DNA of 64,000 nucleotides from Tortispora ganteri (GCA_003707115.1 PPNB01000003.1:372001-436000); one strand, 5' to 3'; positions 1 to 11,516 are shown, counted from the first letter of the stretch. The notes: a model not told the origin generated them from the letters alone. Numbers and translations are program-made.

Positions 1-3000
1 TCATTTTATCACCTTAGTGGGATACGACTCTGACGTCGCCCGTTCTGACAATAGCGAAGCATTTCAACAGTATCGCGTTCCATATGATCTCTGGGATAGC
101 GTAGCCACGGATAAATCAGGTGGTAAGTCGCGTCCTACTAGGAGGCAGCTCTTGGAGCAGAAATCCCTGTTGTTGTCAGACGTACTAGCATCTTCTTCAT
201 CCAGCGCTACACCGACACCTAAAAGACCGCCACCAAAACCTCAGAAGAATGCGAAGGACAGAACTAAACGAAATGAGCCAGTAATTATAGATCGATCGGA
301 GAACGATAGCGAGTTCGATTCTGATGAATCAAGCGACAAATCCATATTTGACGCACTCAAGGACGATTATGTTCCTCAATCACCCGAGCCTATACCAAAG
401 GACAAGTTGGAAGAACTTGGTTTCAATGTTTCTGATAAAAACTTCAAATGGCCCTCTCTTTCGGTGAAATATACTATTAAAGAACCGGTTGTTTTTCACC
501 CGATGAATATACCAGTTTCCAATTTTAACCGATCGGTGGAAGATTATCTGAATTCTTTTGTAAGTTACGAAAATGACGACGTAACACCTGAAGTACATGC
601 TGCAAGGGTAGAGAAGGAACGTGAACTTCGTTCTCGCATAAGACATATGCAAGAAACTATATACACTAGAAAGGGCTACGACTTCTCTACTTCACATTCA
701 AAAAAACCCTTCACTCCTCCATTAGCCCCCTCAACGCACAGAGACTACCTGAATGCTCATGCTACTCATTTTGCAAAACTAATGTTGGAGGAAAAGAGAC
801 AACATATTGGAACCGCCAGGAAAGTCTCAAATATGATTCAAAACCACTTTAGGCGCGTACAGGGTGCTGAAGAAAGGCAACGAAAACTCGAAGAAAAACG
901 CATTTTAAAACTGGCCAAATGGACTGCGCAGGAAGTGAAAAAGAAATGGAGATTAGCGGAGAAGGTGGTTTTGCAGAAACAGCGCAAGAAGTTGGAAGAA
1001 GAGCAAAAGGAAGCAGGTAGAGAACAATTAAAGCAAATGCTTGCTCATTCCTCTCAACTTCTCGAGGCTCAACAGGAAGCACCTTGTGAAAGTGGTACAT
1101 CTTCAGACGAACCGATGTCTGATATAAGTGAATCAGATGAATTGAACCTATCTAGCAGCGAGGAATCTGAGGAACAAGAACATGATAGTGATGATATCGA
1201 CCAGACAGATGATGGTTTGCTGACTGCAGAAGAACTGAAGCAAAAGTACAATGAAGTTCTTGATTCTGAAGAGAAAAATGTTATTGTGAATACTAGTGAT
1301 ATTGAATTACAAGTGTCTTCTGATGAAGCTGAGAGAGTAGATGTTGGTTTGAATGGGTTTTATGATGAACCGACCGTCAACTCGTCGGACAGTGAAGATG
1401 CCGACTTCTCTTCCGAAGAAAGCGATTTAGATGACGAGAATATCTCTGATTCTGATACGAGCAACTCGGGGAAGTCGCTTAGCGATGGAAACGAAAGTAA
1501 GCCTGAAAGAAACGGCGTATCAAAAGATCATGGAAGTGCATTGAGTTCATTGTATGATAATTTCTCCGAATCAGCCTCTGATTCTACTGCATCTGTAGTA
1601 GAGTCACCCTCACATTTAAATTCTGACGAAAACATATCAGATGATGATATTGAGAATGCAGAAGTCAGCGCCACGACTCCTGAACCTGAAGCAGGACAGG
1701 CGGATAGCGAAGAAGATGACTCAGGGGGACCTAAGGTGCAAGTCCCTTTTCTTTTGCGTGGAACACTCAGAAAGTACCAATATGAAGGGTTAAGATGGTT
1801 AGTTGGCCTATACAATAGCAATACTAATGGAATATTGGCAGACGAAATGGGCCTTGGCAAGACAATTCAAACTATAGCTTTAATAGCGTATTTGGCATGT
1901 TACAAGCAGATATGGGGACCTCATCTTATTGTTGTGCCAACAAGTGTTATGCTTAACTGGGAAATGGAGTTTAAAAGATTTTGCCCGGGCTTAAAAATAT
2001 TGACTTACTATGGAAATCCTCAGCAAAGGAAGGAAAAACGCAAAGGCTGGAATAAACCTGACTCTTGGCATGTATGTATTACATCATACCAATTAGTTAT
2101 TCAAGACCAGCCTGCATTTCGTCGCAAACAATGGTCCTATCTGATATTGGATGAGGCTCATAATATTAAAAATTTCCGGTCACAGAGATGGCAAGCGTTG
2201 CTGAACTTTAAGACGGACCATAGACTGTTACTTACAGGAACACCTTTGCAGAATAATCTGATTGAACTGTGGTCTTTGCTATATTTCTTGATGCCCGCTA
2301 CATCTGAAGGGTCCAAAGCGCAAGTATCTGCAGGGTTTGCTAGCCTGACTGACTTTCAAGAATGGTTTGGACGACCCGTCGATCGTCTTATAGAAGATGA
2401 GACAGTGGATATCGATGCAAAAAATACTATAGCAAAACTGCATCAAATTTTAAGACCTTACTTACTTCGAAGAATAAAGGCCGATGTGGAGAAGCAAATG
2501 CCTGCAAAATATGAACATATCGTATTCTGCCGGCTCTCAAAGCGTCAAAGGTACCTGTACGATGAGTTCATGTCCCGCACAAAAACAAGGGAAACGCTTG
2601 CTTCAGGAAACTACATGAGTATTATCAACTGCTTAATGCAATTACGCAAGGTGTGTAATCACCCTGATCTATTTGAGGTCAGACCCATTATGACTTCATA
2701 TGTTTTGTCTGAGTCAGCGATCAAAAATGAAACCTCGAAAATAAAAGTCAGCCAAAAGTTAGTCGAGAAACAACCTAGTTCCTTGGTTAATTTTGATTTC
2801 CTTGGGCTAAAAATGAATTTTTCGCGCATAGGCACTTTACAGTGCGCAGAAAGAAATCGACTATCTGCGAATGAACTTATTTTAAAAGAGTACAAGCAAC
2901 GATTAACAGCCTGCGAAACAACCACTGAGAAGATTGAAGACTTAGACACAATCAAAGGCCAAATGCTTCATATCGGACGTATACGACAGTCAGACCTCGC

Positions 3001-4330
3001 ACAGAGAGCTCTGCAAGACTGGTATGTCAACATTCACCGTACTAACGAGACTTCATTGACTCCAGATGATGTACTTCGTTCCGTGAGAATTTTGCGCACT
3101 GAAGAGAGTCTTTATGCTATGGATTTCTTGGACCTTCCGCCTCTTGTCAGAACTTTAGACCAGGAAATAGAATTATTCAAACCAACGGTTGACAAGTTTT
3201 TGTGTATTACTCCTGCTGTTGTCAGCTTAGACACAAATGAATATATAGGAAGTTCTTTGGGGTACGAAACTATAGAGAATGCGCGACGAATTCCTAATCC
3301 TTTGCACTTCGCTCAAGTTAAAAGTTCGATTGCATTTCCCGATAAACAATTGCTTCAATACGACTGCGGAAAGCTTCAAAAGCTATACTTGCTATTGCGC
3401 AACTTGATAGCCGAGGGTCACCGAGCTCTTATTTTCACTCAAATGACAAGAGTATTGGATATTCTCGAACAATTTTTAAATATGCATGGCTGGAGGTATA
3501 TGAGGTTGGATGGTGCCACGAAAATTGAGCACCGACAGTTGCTGACAGAAAGATTTAACCAAGATTCGAGAATTCCTGTTTTCATTCTATCAAGCCGCTC
3601 TGGAGGTTTAGGAATTAACCTTACAGGTGCTGACACTGTGATATTTTACGACTCTGATTGGAATCCTGCTATGGATAAACAGTGTCAGGACCGCAGTCAT
3701 CGTATCGGACAAACGAGAGATGTACATATATATCGTTTAGTATCAGAGTACACTATCGAGTCTAATATTCTACGCAAAGCGAATCAGAAGCGCATGCTAG
3801 ATAACGTTGTTATTCAAGATGGCGAATTTACCACAGATTACTTTTCAAAAATTTCACTTCAGGACATGTTTGGAGATGAAGTCCAGATAGGAGATTCGTC
3901 TAACTCTAAACCTGTTCTGGGAGAAGCAAATATTCAAAAAGCTTTAGCTCAAGCTGAAGATGCACAGGATGCTGCTGCCGCAAAATTGGCGCAGAAAGAA
4001 ACTAATGTTGATATTGTGGATTTTGAAAACGAACGGAGTAGACCATCTTCTGTGGAAGCATCTAGGGAAACCTCTGAGAAATATGATGCATCTTCTGCCA
4101 ATCAAAGTGAGGATTGGCGAAATGAACGCTCACAATCTCTAGCAAGTAATACAGGTGACTCATATGCTGAGATGTCACCTGGTGAAGGACCATATAAGGG
4201 TGTTATAGATGAACCTGACGATAATGAGGAAGATAACGATAATTACGATGACGATGACGAACAAGATGAAGATATTGGAGATGTTGATGACTATATGATT
4301 TCCTTTATTGAACAAGGATTCTACGAGTAA
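1..4330 (+). CDS. SWR1: SWR1 chromatin-remodelling ATPase (5' end probably outside the window)
   Basis: HSA-like helical region, ILADEMGLGKT Walker A, DEAH box, split ATPase with long insertion, DCGKLQ and QCQDRSHRIGQ motifs. The frame is open back to the window edge (listed start is a GTG); TAG at 15-17 could alternatively be an intron acceptor. Confidence 0.93.
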   Translation, partial: HFITLVGYDSDVARSDNSEAFQQYRVPYDLWDSVATDKSGGKSRPTRRQLLEQKSLLLSDVLASSSSSATPTPKRPPPKPQKNAKDRTKRNEPVIIDRSENDSEFDSDESSDKSIFDALKDDYVPQSPEPIPKDKLEELGFNVSDKNFKWPSLSVKYTIKEPVVFHPMNIPVSNFNRSVEDYLNSFVSYENDDVTPEVHAARVEKERELRSRIRHMQETIYTRKGYDFSTSHSKKPFTPPLAPSTHRDYLNAHATHFAKLMLEEKRQHIGTARKVSNMIQNHFRRVQGAEERQRKLEEKRILKLAKWTAQEVKKKWRLAEKVVLQKQRKKLEEEQKEAGREQLKQMLAHSSQLLEAQQEAPCESGTSSDEPMSDISESDELNLSSSEESEEQEHDSDDIDQTDDGLLTAEELKQKYNEVLDSEEKNVIVNTSDIELQVSSDEAERVDVGLNGFYDEPTVNSSDSEDADFSSEESDLDDENISDSDTSNSGKSLSDGNESKPERNGVSKDHGSALSSLYDNFSESASDSTASVVESPSHLNSDENISDDDIENAEVSATTPEPEAGQADSEEDDSGGPKVQVPFLLRGTLRKYQYEGLRWLVGLYNSNTNGILADEMGLGKTIQTIALIAYLACYKQIWGPHLIVVPTSVMLNWEMEFKRFCPGLKILTYYGNPQQRKEKRKGWNKPDSWHVCITSYQLVIQDQPAFRRKQWSYLILDEAHNIKNFRSQRWQALLNFKTDHRLLLTGTPLQNNLIELWSLLYFLMPATSEGSKAQVSAGFASLTDFQEWFGRPVDRLIEDETVDIDAKNTIAKLHQILRPYLLRRIKADVEKQMPAKYEHIVFCRLSKRQRYLYDEFMSRTKTRETLASGNYMSIINCLMQLRKVCNHPDLFEVRPIMTSYVLSESAIKNETSKIKVSQKLVEKQPSSLVNFDFLGLKMNFSRIGTLQCAERNRLSANELILKEYKQRLTACETTTEKIEDLDTIKGQMLHIGRIRQSDLAQRALQDWYVNIHRTNETSLTPDDVLRSVRILRTEESLYAMDFLDLPPLVRTLDQEIELFKPTVDKFLCITPAVVSLDTNEYIGSSLGYETIENARRIPNPLHFAQVKSSIAFPDKQLLQYDCGKLQKLYLLLRNLIAEGHRALIFTQMTRVLDILEQFLNMHGWRYMRLDGATKIEHRQLLTERFNQDSRIPVFILSSRSGGLGINLTGADTVIFYDSDWNPAMDKQCQDRSHRIGQTRDVHIYRLVSEYTIESNILRKANQKRMLDNVVIQDGEFTTDYFSKISLQDMFGDEVQIGDSSNSKPVLGEANIQKALAQAEDAQDAAAAKLAQKETNVDIVDFENERSRPSSVEASRETSEKYDASSANQSEDWRNERSQSLASNTGDSYAEMSPGEGPYKGVIDEPDDNEEDNDNYDDDDEQDEDIGDVDDYMISFIEQGFYE

Positions 4331-4460
4331 ATATGATGACATGATATTGATTTAATCTACTATTAACATTTTAGCGTCTTTACTTTCTTAAACCAATAGA
4401 GAGCTCCTCTGCTAATCAATAGGGAGTTATATCTGAACAGAATATGAATAGGCATCTAAA

Positions 4461-5771
4461 TCATTCAGCTGAAGCAGTGCGAAACCACGCATAAATTCGA
4501 TTCAAACAATTCTGATCACAATTAGCGTAATTATTGGAAAGTATACCACGAGAAGGATGGTCAATGATATGGTCTTTTCGCATAATTTCAGGCCGTTCAG
4601 GTGCAATAATCATAGAATTCAATAGGGCATTGAACTCTGCTTCAGGGTTGAAGCAGTCAGATATGTTTTCATCAGATTCGTCCTCTATATCAATGAACTC
4701 TCCTGAACAGCTTGGTTCCACATCTGTTAAAACATCATCCTCATCATCGGTAGCCTCATGCTGATGAGTTATTGCAACAAATTCATGCGTTATTTCTTTG
4801 AAAGAAGAAACAGCCGTGCAACTTTGCCCTTCAGCATTCTTTGATTGTTTCAAGCTCAAAAGCGCGTCATTAGTGGAAGAAGGAAAGGCTATGCATTTCC
4901 TTAGGCAACTCTTCTCTGGTTGAAGTCCAGGAAGAGGAGTATGAAGCGGTCGTGCACCAAACTTTCTCACAGAGACGGTTACATTAAAGCGCACTTTTCG
5001 CTCCTGTATTGTTAAGTGGCTTTCATTCTCATCAGACAGCGTAAAAACAATCTGTGGGGTATGACACCCCGGAATGGTTTCAGCATCAATATAATCCTCA
5101 GAAACTTCAGAATCAGTATCGTAAACACTTTCCTCGGATGAGCTATATACCGATACATAATCTGATGTAGAAGACTGTTCCAGCCTGCCTTCACTATCGT
5201 ATTCAGGAAAATGTATACTGAGGAAAGATGCAGTTGATTCAGCGCTTTCATCGAAGGTATTGTAGCGATGTAAAGAACATACAGAATCCCCACTCTCGTC
5301 TTCATCACCACTTTCGAGGTAAGAAAAAAGAGCTGATCCAGTAAAATTCTCCTGTGTCATATCATAAGGAGGAGGACATTCATTAGACTCTAGATTAATT
5401 ACAGCGAGACTTGGTCGTTCCTCGTTCATAATGCTTGAGCGACTGTGAGCACTAGTACTATATAGAGAATTACAAGCAGTCTCATCGTCCGTGATTGTAT
5501 GCTTTAAACTAGAATCATCGTAGAAATCAAAATCTTCAATGGATAAATCAGTTAACGGAGTAGTTACAATTGGAATATTATCTAGCCAAGTTGTTGAGGG
5601 GTAAGAGTATCTTTCGTCGCAGCTTGTATGTGAGCAAGAAGACATAACTGGTGTAATAGTAGCTGATTCTATTGTTGCAGGATGATCTGGTAGTTGTATT
5701 TTTAAATGCTTCCTCTTAAACCTGAAACTAAATTTACGTGTACATACACGTTTGAATTGTGTCCAAGACAT
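4461..5771 (-). CDS. Orphan acidic Ser/Asp/Glu-rich protein with RVxF, SILK-like and PPxY motifs
   Basis: 436-aa ATG ORF, low complexity; contains RKVRF, KSCLRK and PPPY; no globular domain recognised. Confidence 0.7.
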   Translation of the reverse strand: MSWTQFKRVCTRKFSFRFKRKHLKIQLPDHPATIESATITPVMSSCSHTSCDERYSYPSTTWLDNIPIVTTPLTDLSIEDFDFYDDSSLKHTITDDETACNSLYSTSAHSRSSIMNEERPSLAVINLESNECPPPYDMTQENFTGSALFSYLESGDEDESGDSVCSLHRYNTFDESAESTASFLSIHFPEYDSEGRLEQSSTSDYVSVYSSSEESVYDTDSEVSEDYIDAETIPGCHTPQIVFTLSDENESHLTIQERKVRFNVTVSVRKFGARPLHTPLPGLQPEKSCLRKCIAFPSSTNDALLSLKQSKNAEGQSCTAVSSFKEITHEFVAITHQHEATDDEDDVLTDVEPSCSGEFIDIEDESDENISDCFNPEAEFNALLNSMIIAPERPEIMRKDHIIDHPSRGILSNNYANCDQNCLNRIYAWFRTASAE

Positions 5772-6682
5772 TTATGATACTGGCAGAAACTTGAAATAGA
5801 AGCTGTCAATTGAATGTGATGATAAAATATCCAGCAGGGATCTATAAATAGAACATAAAGATAAAGAAAAATTAAATCTTGAAAGAAAAAAAATGAAGTA
5901 CATGTTATTATACATAAGCAACATTGAGACCCCTGATGGATGAATTGGAAGCCAACTATAACCTTTCCAAAGGGCCCTCTCTAGTAGGCTTATGTGAAAA
6001 GGATAATGCAACTAGCGAATAATTGTGTAAATATAATGCAGTAAAATTTTTCATAAGAACCTCCAATAAAAGCGATACATTGTAACCAGTTTTTTGGAAA
6101 ATACAATCCAGTGCTTGTGAACGTTAGTATAGAGTATGTGTCATTATCACTGAGTCATCAAAAAAGGTTACGTTAAACCAACTTTAAAGATTGTAGGTTA
6201 TCAGGAACCAATAGACCCTATATGAAGGCAATTACGATTGGACCCCTGCCCACACAAAGACAAACCTCGTAAATTCTAACATTGGAGATTAATAAGAAAA
6301 CAGTCCTCGCGGATTGTTAAAGGTTTGGGATTATCCTTGATGATATTGATAAAGTCCATGGCAAATGAAAGTGACAAGTTGGTAATGCTGGACTTTATTC
6401 ATAGACTTTTTCACTATATCCAAAGATCCAGTTAGTGCGCTATAACGCTTCTCTATCGAACCAAACACTGATTATCAATATTATGCAACTGAAAAACATA
6501 ACAAATATCAATGTCATAATTAACATATAATTTGCAGATAAAAAGCTGAAGTGCTAAGTGTGATAAACCATGCCTGTCGATAAAATCCTGTGTGCGCAAA
6601 CGTTGACGCTAGCCAATTTTCGGTAGGGGATCATTCTAGAAATGATGAGTTGTAGATAGATCAATAACAGAGTTGATAGAAG

Positions 6683-9160
6683 TCATGTAATAACATTCTG
6701 ACGAATTTTCGGACCAAATAAAAATTTAAGCTCCTCGGCGTTTATACTATTGAGGTTTCCGCCAGATCCACTTAGGACCGCTTTAGCTTGTTGCATTTTC
6801 TGTTCCTGCAAGCTGCTAATTTTAGCCTCAACAGAATTACCAATAATTAGCTCGTATACATCAACGTCACGAGATTGTCCAATTCGGTGCACCCGATCAA
6901 TGGCTTGTTCTGTGACCATTGGATTCCACCATGGATCGACTAATATCACTCGGGACGCAGCAGTTAAATTGAGTCCATATGCTCCACATTTCAGCGAACA
7001 TAATAGTACGTTCACAGATGAGTCAGACTTAAAATTATTTAAAATGCTGATTCTTTTTGCGTTGTCCAGACCACCATGATATATCAAGTGAGTAATGTTA
7101 TGAGATCGAAAGTGTGTAGCTATTATATTAAGCATTCCAGTAAACTGACTAAAAACAATTGTTTTCCTGGATTTTTCTAACATAATTAGCTTTAATATAG
7201 CCTTAATCTTAGCACTTTCAAAATTTGGCTCACATAGGCTGTGCTTTATAAGCATGTTACGGCATTCGTTACAGTATATTTGCCCATTATGGGCCATATC
7301 CTGTATCTTTGCGCTCTCGGTTACCACATTCATGCAAATAGAGCACTTCTCGACATTCATAGATAGTCCAGTCAGCATTTCTTCCAGATCTGACACGTCA
7401 TGTGAGTTACCCATAGAATCAGAGGAATTTATTTTCAACGACTCGGATGCCGGAGATATCTCTTTCTCCGCAATTATTCCGGAAATCAAGGAAAAATGAT
7501 CACACGCTTGACGTAAGCGTAACAAAAATACCAAAGCATGGATAACGCTTTTTCCTAGCTGCAAGCTTTTCATTGCTAGGCGACCAAATCTATTCTGAAG
7601 AGTAGAGTATAGTTCAAATTCATCCGGAGAAAACTCCAACATAGTTTTGTGAATATTACGTCGAGGAAGGTTCACTTTCCCGTTTTTCAGTATATCTTTC
7701 GTGCGCCTCAACATAATGCATCCCAATACTAGTCTGAGTTTAGACAATGCTAAATTAGAGTGATTGTCAGTAAATTCTGAGATGATTTCCCGCTTGAACA
7801 CTCCATATGAATCGAACGGCCTGATTCGCAAGAACCGAAAATATGAGTAGAGTTCCGTTATGCTATTTTGCATAGGAGTTCCAGTCAAACACCATCGATT
7901 AAGTGCATTTAAGGCAAAGCAGCCTTTGGCGGTTTGTGAATTTCTGTTCTTTATGTAGTGAGCTTCGTCTAAGACAACTCTGTACCAATAAATGCTGAGT
8001 AGCGGAGAAAAATTTGAGTCTTTTTTGAACTCATTGGCAACGATTGAATAGGTTGTAATCACAACATCATGTGATTGTAAGAATTCAAGGTTGGAAGTTT
8101 TACTAGAACCATGGTAAGTCATAACTCGCAAGTTATCACATTTGTTTACTAATTCGTCGGCCCATTGGCCAACTAAAGCCAAAGGAGCGATGATTAATGT
8201 CGATTTAGAGATCTTACCATCTGAAGAGCCAATTAAAGGGTTGGATAGTATAAGTGCCATAGTTTGAATAGTTTTTCCCAGGCCCATATCATCACACAAT
8301 AATCCTCCTCGTCCAGAATCTTCTGCTTCCGTTTTCTCTCTGCTATTCATAAAACTCACGCCATCCAGCTGATGATCCAAAAGTTTCACTTTGAGACCCT
8401 TGATGTTCTGATATTTAGCTTTCATGGTAGGAGTAGAATTATAAGATGTATCAAGGAGTTGCTTGACATCCTTGACAGCGTCATCTGTGTTATTATATCT
8501 TTTTACCTCATTTGAGATATCAATGTTGCCATATGCCTTAAACATTTGGGCAGCATCAGCAGCTTTCTGCTCATCAGATTTAAAAAAATTAGCGCCATAT
8601 GCGGCTTTCTGTGGCTTAGGTTTGGAGCGAGGGCATTTAGCCAATGCTGCTTTGCTCTCAAGTTGAAGTAACTCATCAAACTCGAGTATAATGCTATTCA
8701 AATGTTCATCTACATGATCGAGTGAATTTTTTGCAGGACCAAATTTAGCCTGAGGCTTAGGAGCAATAGTACGTAGAGGATTTGATATGGTGCGACTTTG
8801 TGGTTTCTTCGATTGGTGATAAGCAGGCGGTCGAATCAAGTTAGATGTGTTATGATTTAAATTCGATTTGACACTTGCTGCCTCTCTATACTGTTGCGCT
8901 TTCAGTAGAAACGCAGGTTTGGAAGCTTCAACATTCTTTATATTATTAGTATTATTCTTCACTTCTTCTTTTGTAGATGTATCTTTCTTAGGCATGAATT
9001 GTGGGACTTGGGGCGTCATATGTAGCCGTGGCGAGGAGCTCATAGTGATTTTTTCGGCTGCAGCTTCTAACTCCTTGTGAGAGACATTTGCAGTCCTTAT
9101 GTTTGGTACAATATTTTCGTTCTTTGTCTCCTTATTAGGGTTAGACAGAGGAACAGCCAT
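6683..9160 (-). CDS. SNF2-family ATPase, Rad5/16/Uls1(Ris1)-like, with degenerate RING insert
   Basis: GGLLCDDMGLGKT, VVLDEAH, RWCLTGTPMQN, LLRLRQAC, DPWWNP and QAIDRVHRIGQ motifs; CxxC...CxxC between the helicase lobes. Confidence 0.88.
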   Translation of the reverse strand: MAVPLSNPNKETKNENIVPNIRTANVSHKELEAAAEKITMSSSPRLHMTPQVPQFMPKKDTSTKEEVKNNTNNIKNVEASKPAFLLKAQQYREAASVKSNLNHNTSNLIRPPAYHQSKKPQSRTISNPLRTIAPKPQAKFGPAKNSLDHVDEHLNSIILEFDELLQLESKAALAKCPRSKPKPQKAAYGANFFKSDEQKAADAAQMFKAYGNIDISNEVKRYNNTDDAVKDVKQLLDTSYNSTPTMKAKYQNIKGLKVKLLDHQLDGVSFMNSREKTEAEDSGRGGLLCDDMGLGKTIQTMALILSNPLIGSSDGKISKSTLIIAPLALVGQWADELVNKCDNLRVMTYHGSSKTSNLEFLQSHDVVITTYSIVANEFKKDSNFSPLLSIYWYRVVLDEAHYIKNRNSQTAKGCFALNALNRWCLTGTPMQNSITELYSYFRFLRIRPFDSYGVFKREIISEFTDNHSNLALSKLRLVLGCIMLRRTKDILKNGKVNLPRRNIHKTMLEFSPDEFELYSTLQNRFGRLAMKSLQLGKSVIHALVFLLRLRQACDHFSLISGIIAEKEISPASESLKINSSDSMGNSHDVSDLEEMLTGLSMNVEKCSICMNVVTESAKIQDMAHNGQIYCNECRNMLIKHSLCEPNFESAKIKAILKLIMLEKSRKTIVFSQFTGMLNIIATHFRSHNITHLIYHGGLDNAKRISILNNFKSDSSVNVLLCSLKCGAYGLNLTAASRVILVDPWWNPMVTEQAIDRVHRIGQSRDVDVYELIIGNSVEAKISSLQEQKMQQAKAVLSGSGGNLNSINAEELKFLFGPKIRQNVIT

Positions 9161-9254
9161 TGTGGCAAAATTACGCTGCAGTGTATTGAAATAAAAGAGT
9201 CTGGGGAAGCGTTGTTGTTGTAAATAAATACAAAAATAAAGTTTTTAAGATATT

Positions 9255-9280
9255 AAATGAAATGAAATGAAATGAAAATG
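9255..9280 (+). repeat. (AAATG)n pentanucleotide microsatellite
   Basis: aaatgaaatgaaatgaaatgaaaatg visible directly. Confidence 0.75.
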
Positions 9281-9581
9281 TCCCACTAGTAATAGCGATT
9301 TTAGATATTCTTTCAAATCAAATAGGGGAAAATCGGTTTTTAGTGCTAGCGTCAATTGTTTCGCATTCAATAAATATTTTTGATAATATAGCAAATTTAA
9401 TGCTGACAATTTTCACCAGTATATTCGAGAAAGTATCACGCGCGTTGTAACAGATGGACAATCAGTTTGATAATGACTATCTTTTGACAACCATAATAAG
9501 TCCCGTCTGAGACCACGCGTTTAAAATTAATAATTGTTTCAAAGAAGGAGGGCAACATTAATCATATCATTAGGAATAACG

Positions 9582-11264
9582 TTACAGTTCAGCACCTGTG
9601 CTGACAAATGCCCTGTGAAGATATACAGCCCATAAACTGTCAGATTTATCAGACAGTGACAATCTATGTGCCAGTTGGATCCAAGTGGAGACAGTAAGGT
9701 CTGTTAAATTGTATGGTGGTTCATCTGTAGCATATTCAATATCAAAACGCGCTTCGTCTTCGTTCGAATACTTACTAATATTCGAGAAATATTGAATGTA
9801 TCTAGTTGGAGAAAACGCCTCTTTGGATGAATATGCCGGTCCGAGCGGAGAGTTTGGCGGTAAATATGGTGGATAAGAGTCATCTCTGGATGGCTTTCTT
9901 GTTTTCTTCTTCTTGTTCTTCAAAAGATCGACATTCTTGTACTTTAGAATGTTCCCATGATCTGCCATAAAAGAAGAATTGCAAAGCTCCTCAACCGTGT
10001 AAGGAAGTTTCATGTCTGCTATGTATTCTTCGTAGAATCTGTAATATACTTGGTCCCAGTTCGAAGCAGGTATATCTTGTTCGTCTTCTTCCTCAGAATT
10101 GAGTCCTTCAATGTTGTACTCCCACACTCGCATAGTAGGGAAAAAAGTAGTAATAATGCTTGGTGAATTGTTGCTAATCGAAAATCTACTCATAGATTTT
10201 GGCGATAGCTCCTTTAATGAAGCATAGTCGTTCCTTAAACTAGCCATATAGTCGTCTCTATTTAGAACATGCACTTCCTCCGATTCGATAAAATCCATCG
10301 AATCAAAGTTCAGATCCTCATTGTGGTTACACAATTTTGGTCGTTGTGGATCAGGTTTGAGTTCTTTGTAGGCTTCTTCCGCATCATGCACAACAAAATG
10401 ATCAATGTTCATATGTCCATAGAGTCCTCCAACAATGATATCTCGAAACTCATGCTGCCATATAGCGAATTTTCTCAAGCAGTCATGGTGTGCATTTTTC
10501 GAGACAAGCGGAACGTGTCCCATGAGCCATACTTTCATTTTGCGCCTTCTCAGCTCTGTCAGTGTAATGGTGAGCCACTTCATCATATGGTATCCGGGGT
10601 CTTTAGTACTTTCACAACCATCAATCATTGGGTTTCTGCTGAAATAATATAAAGAGTTCAAAGATATAACAGCTAGCTTGTTAGGGATTACTTCGTTGAC
10701 ATGATAGGCTCCTAAAGAGAAAACAGTAGACTGATCATTGGGTATGAAAGGTCTCCATATGCTTAGATACTTTTCCGTTTGCAAAGTAGGGCCTTGAACC
10801 ATTAAGTTGTGAGGATAAACATCATTGTTTCCTATTGTGGGTACAACGGGTATGATGTGGTCCTGATTTTCATCATGGAATATGTCAATAAACCTTTTGG
10901 CAATCTTATCGTTCTCAGCAAAAATGAATGGCTCTGTACGAGGATAATTGCGATCTCTATCATGGCGAACATTATCGCCAGTCCAGACGACAAAATCAAT
11001 GTTGTCTTTTAGATTATCTCGTATCCATTCGAACATTTGATCGACCATTGAATATGGAACATCACACGAGGTCAGCGGCGCACCGTATCGGCCTGCATTT
11101 CCTTTACCCTTATGACACGAATCATTTGGATCAGTGCCTACTTTATAGTAGGGATCTGGGTGTATATCAGTAATATGCAAAAATCTTCCATGTATCTTGC
11201 GCGGTTTTCCATCAGCGGTATGTAACAGACAGACGATCGCTATGATCCATACAACCCAGTTCAT
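9582..11264 (-). CDS. PPN1: Vacuolar endopolyphosphatase
   Basis: Metallophosphoesterase motifs FLHITDIHPD, WTGDNVRHD, GNND, GHVP, YGHMNIDHF; hydrophobic N-terminus from the first ATG at 11264. Confidence 0.92.
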   Translation of the reverse strand: MNWVVWIIAIVCLLHTADGKPRKIHGRFLHITDIHPDPYYKVGTDPNDSCHKGKGNAGRYGAPLTSCDVPYSMVDQMFEWIRDNLKDNIDFVVWTGDNVRHDRDRNYPRTEPFIFAENDKIAKRFIDIFHDENQDHIIPVVPTIGNNDVYPHNLMVQGPTLQTEKYLSIWRPFIPNDQSTVFSLGAYHVNEVIPNKLAVISLNSLYYFSRNPMIDGCESTKDPGYHMMKWLTITLTELRRRKMKVWLMGHVPLVSKNAHHDCLRKFAIWQHEFRDIIVGGLYGHMNIDHFVVHDAEEAYKELKPDPQRPKLCNHNEDLNFDSMDFIESEEVHVLNRDDYMASLRNDYASLKELSPKSMSRFSISNNSPSIITTFFPTMRVWEYNIEGLNSEEEDEQDIPASNWDQVYYRFYEEYIADMKLPYTVEELCNSSFMADHGNILKYKNVDLLKNKKKKTRKPSRDDSYPPYLPPNSPLGPAYSSKEAFSPTRYIQYFSNISKYSNEDEARFDIEYATDEPPYNLTDLTVSTWIQLAHRLSLSDKSDSLWAVYLHRAFVSTGAEL

Positions 11265-11510
11265 TGCGGTCAAAGGAGAAACGTGCTAAACAAATTAGCA
11301 GCAATTGTAAATTCTATAATAATTTTCACTAATACAAAGAACTGATGTACGTGAAATTTACACAGTTCCAGCTGTATAAATGAATTATAGTGACGTTTCC
11401 GTTATCTTGCAGTCAGTAAGCAGATGGGAAGATGAAACAGTGGAAGCTATAAATACGAATAAAATATGGAGCCAATACCAAGTGCCGTTCGGTCAACGCA
11501 CAAAATTATA

Positions 11511-11516
11511 CACGTG
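11511..11516. promoter_or_regulatory. CACGTG E-box (Pho4-type) upstream of PPN1
   Basis: CACGTG about 250 bp upstream of the PPN1 ATG; PPN1/PHM5 is a PHO-regulon gene in S. cerevisiae. Confidence 0.45.

Noticed and set aside
5772..6011. 79-aa ORF whose TAA abuts the in-frame ATG of the 436-aa orphan
   Set aside because: AT-rich promoter-like composition, strong TAA-A stop and no domain; probably spurious.
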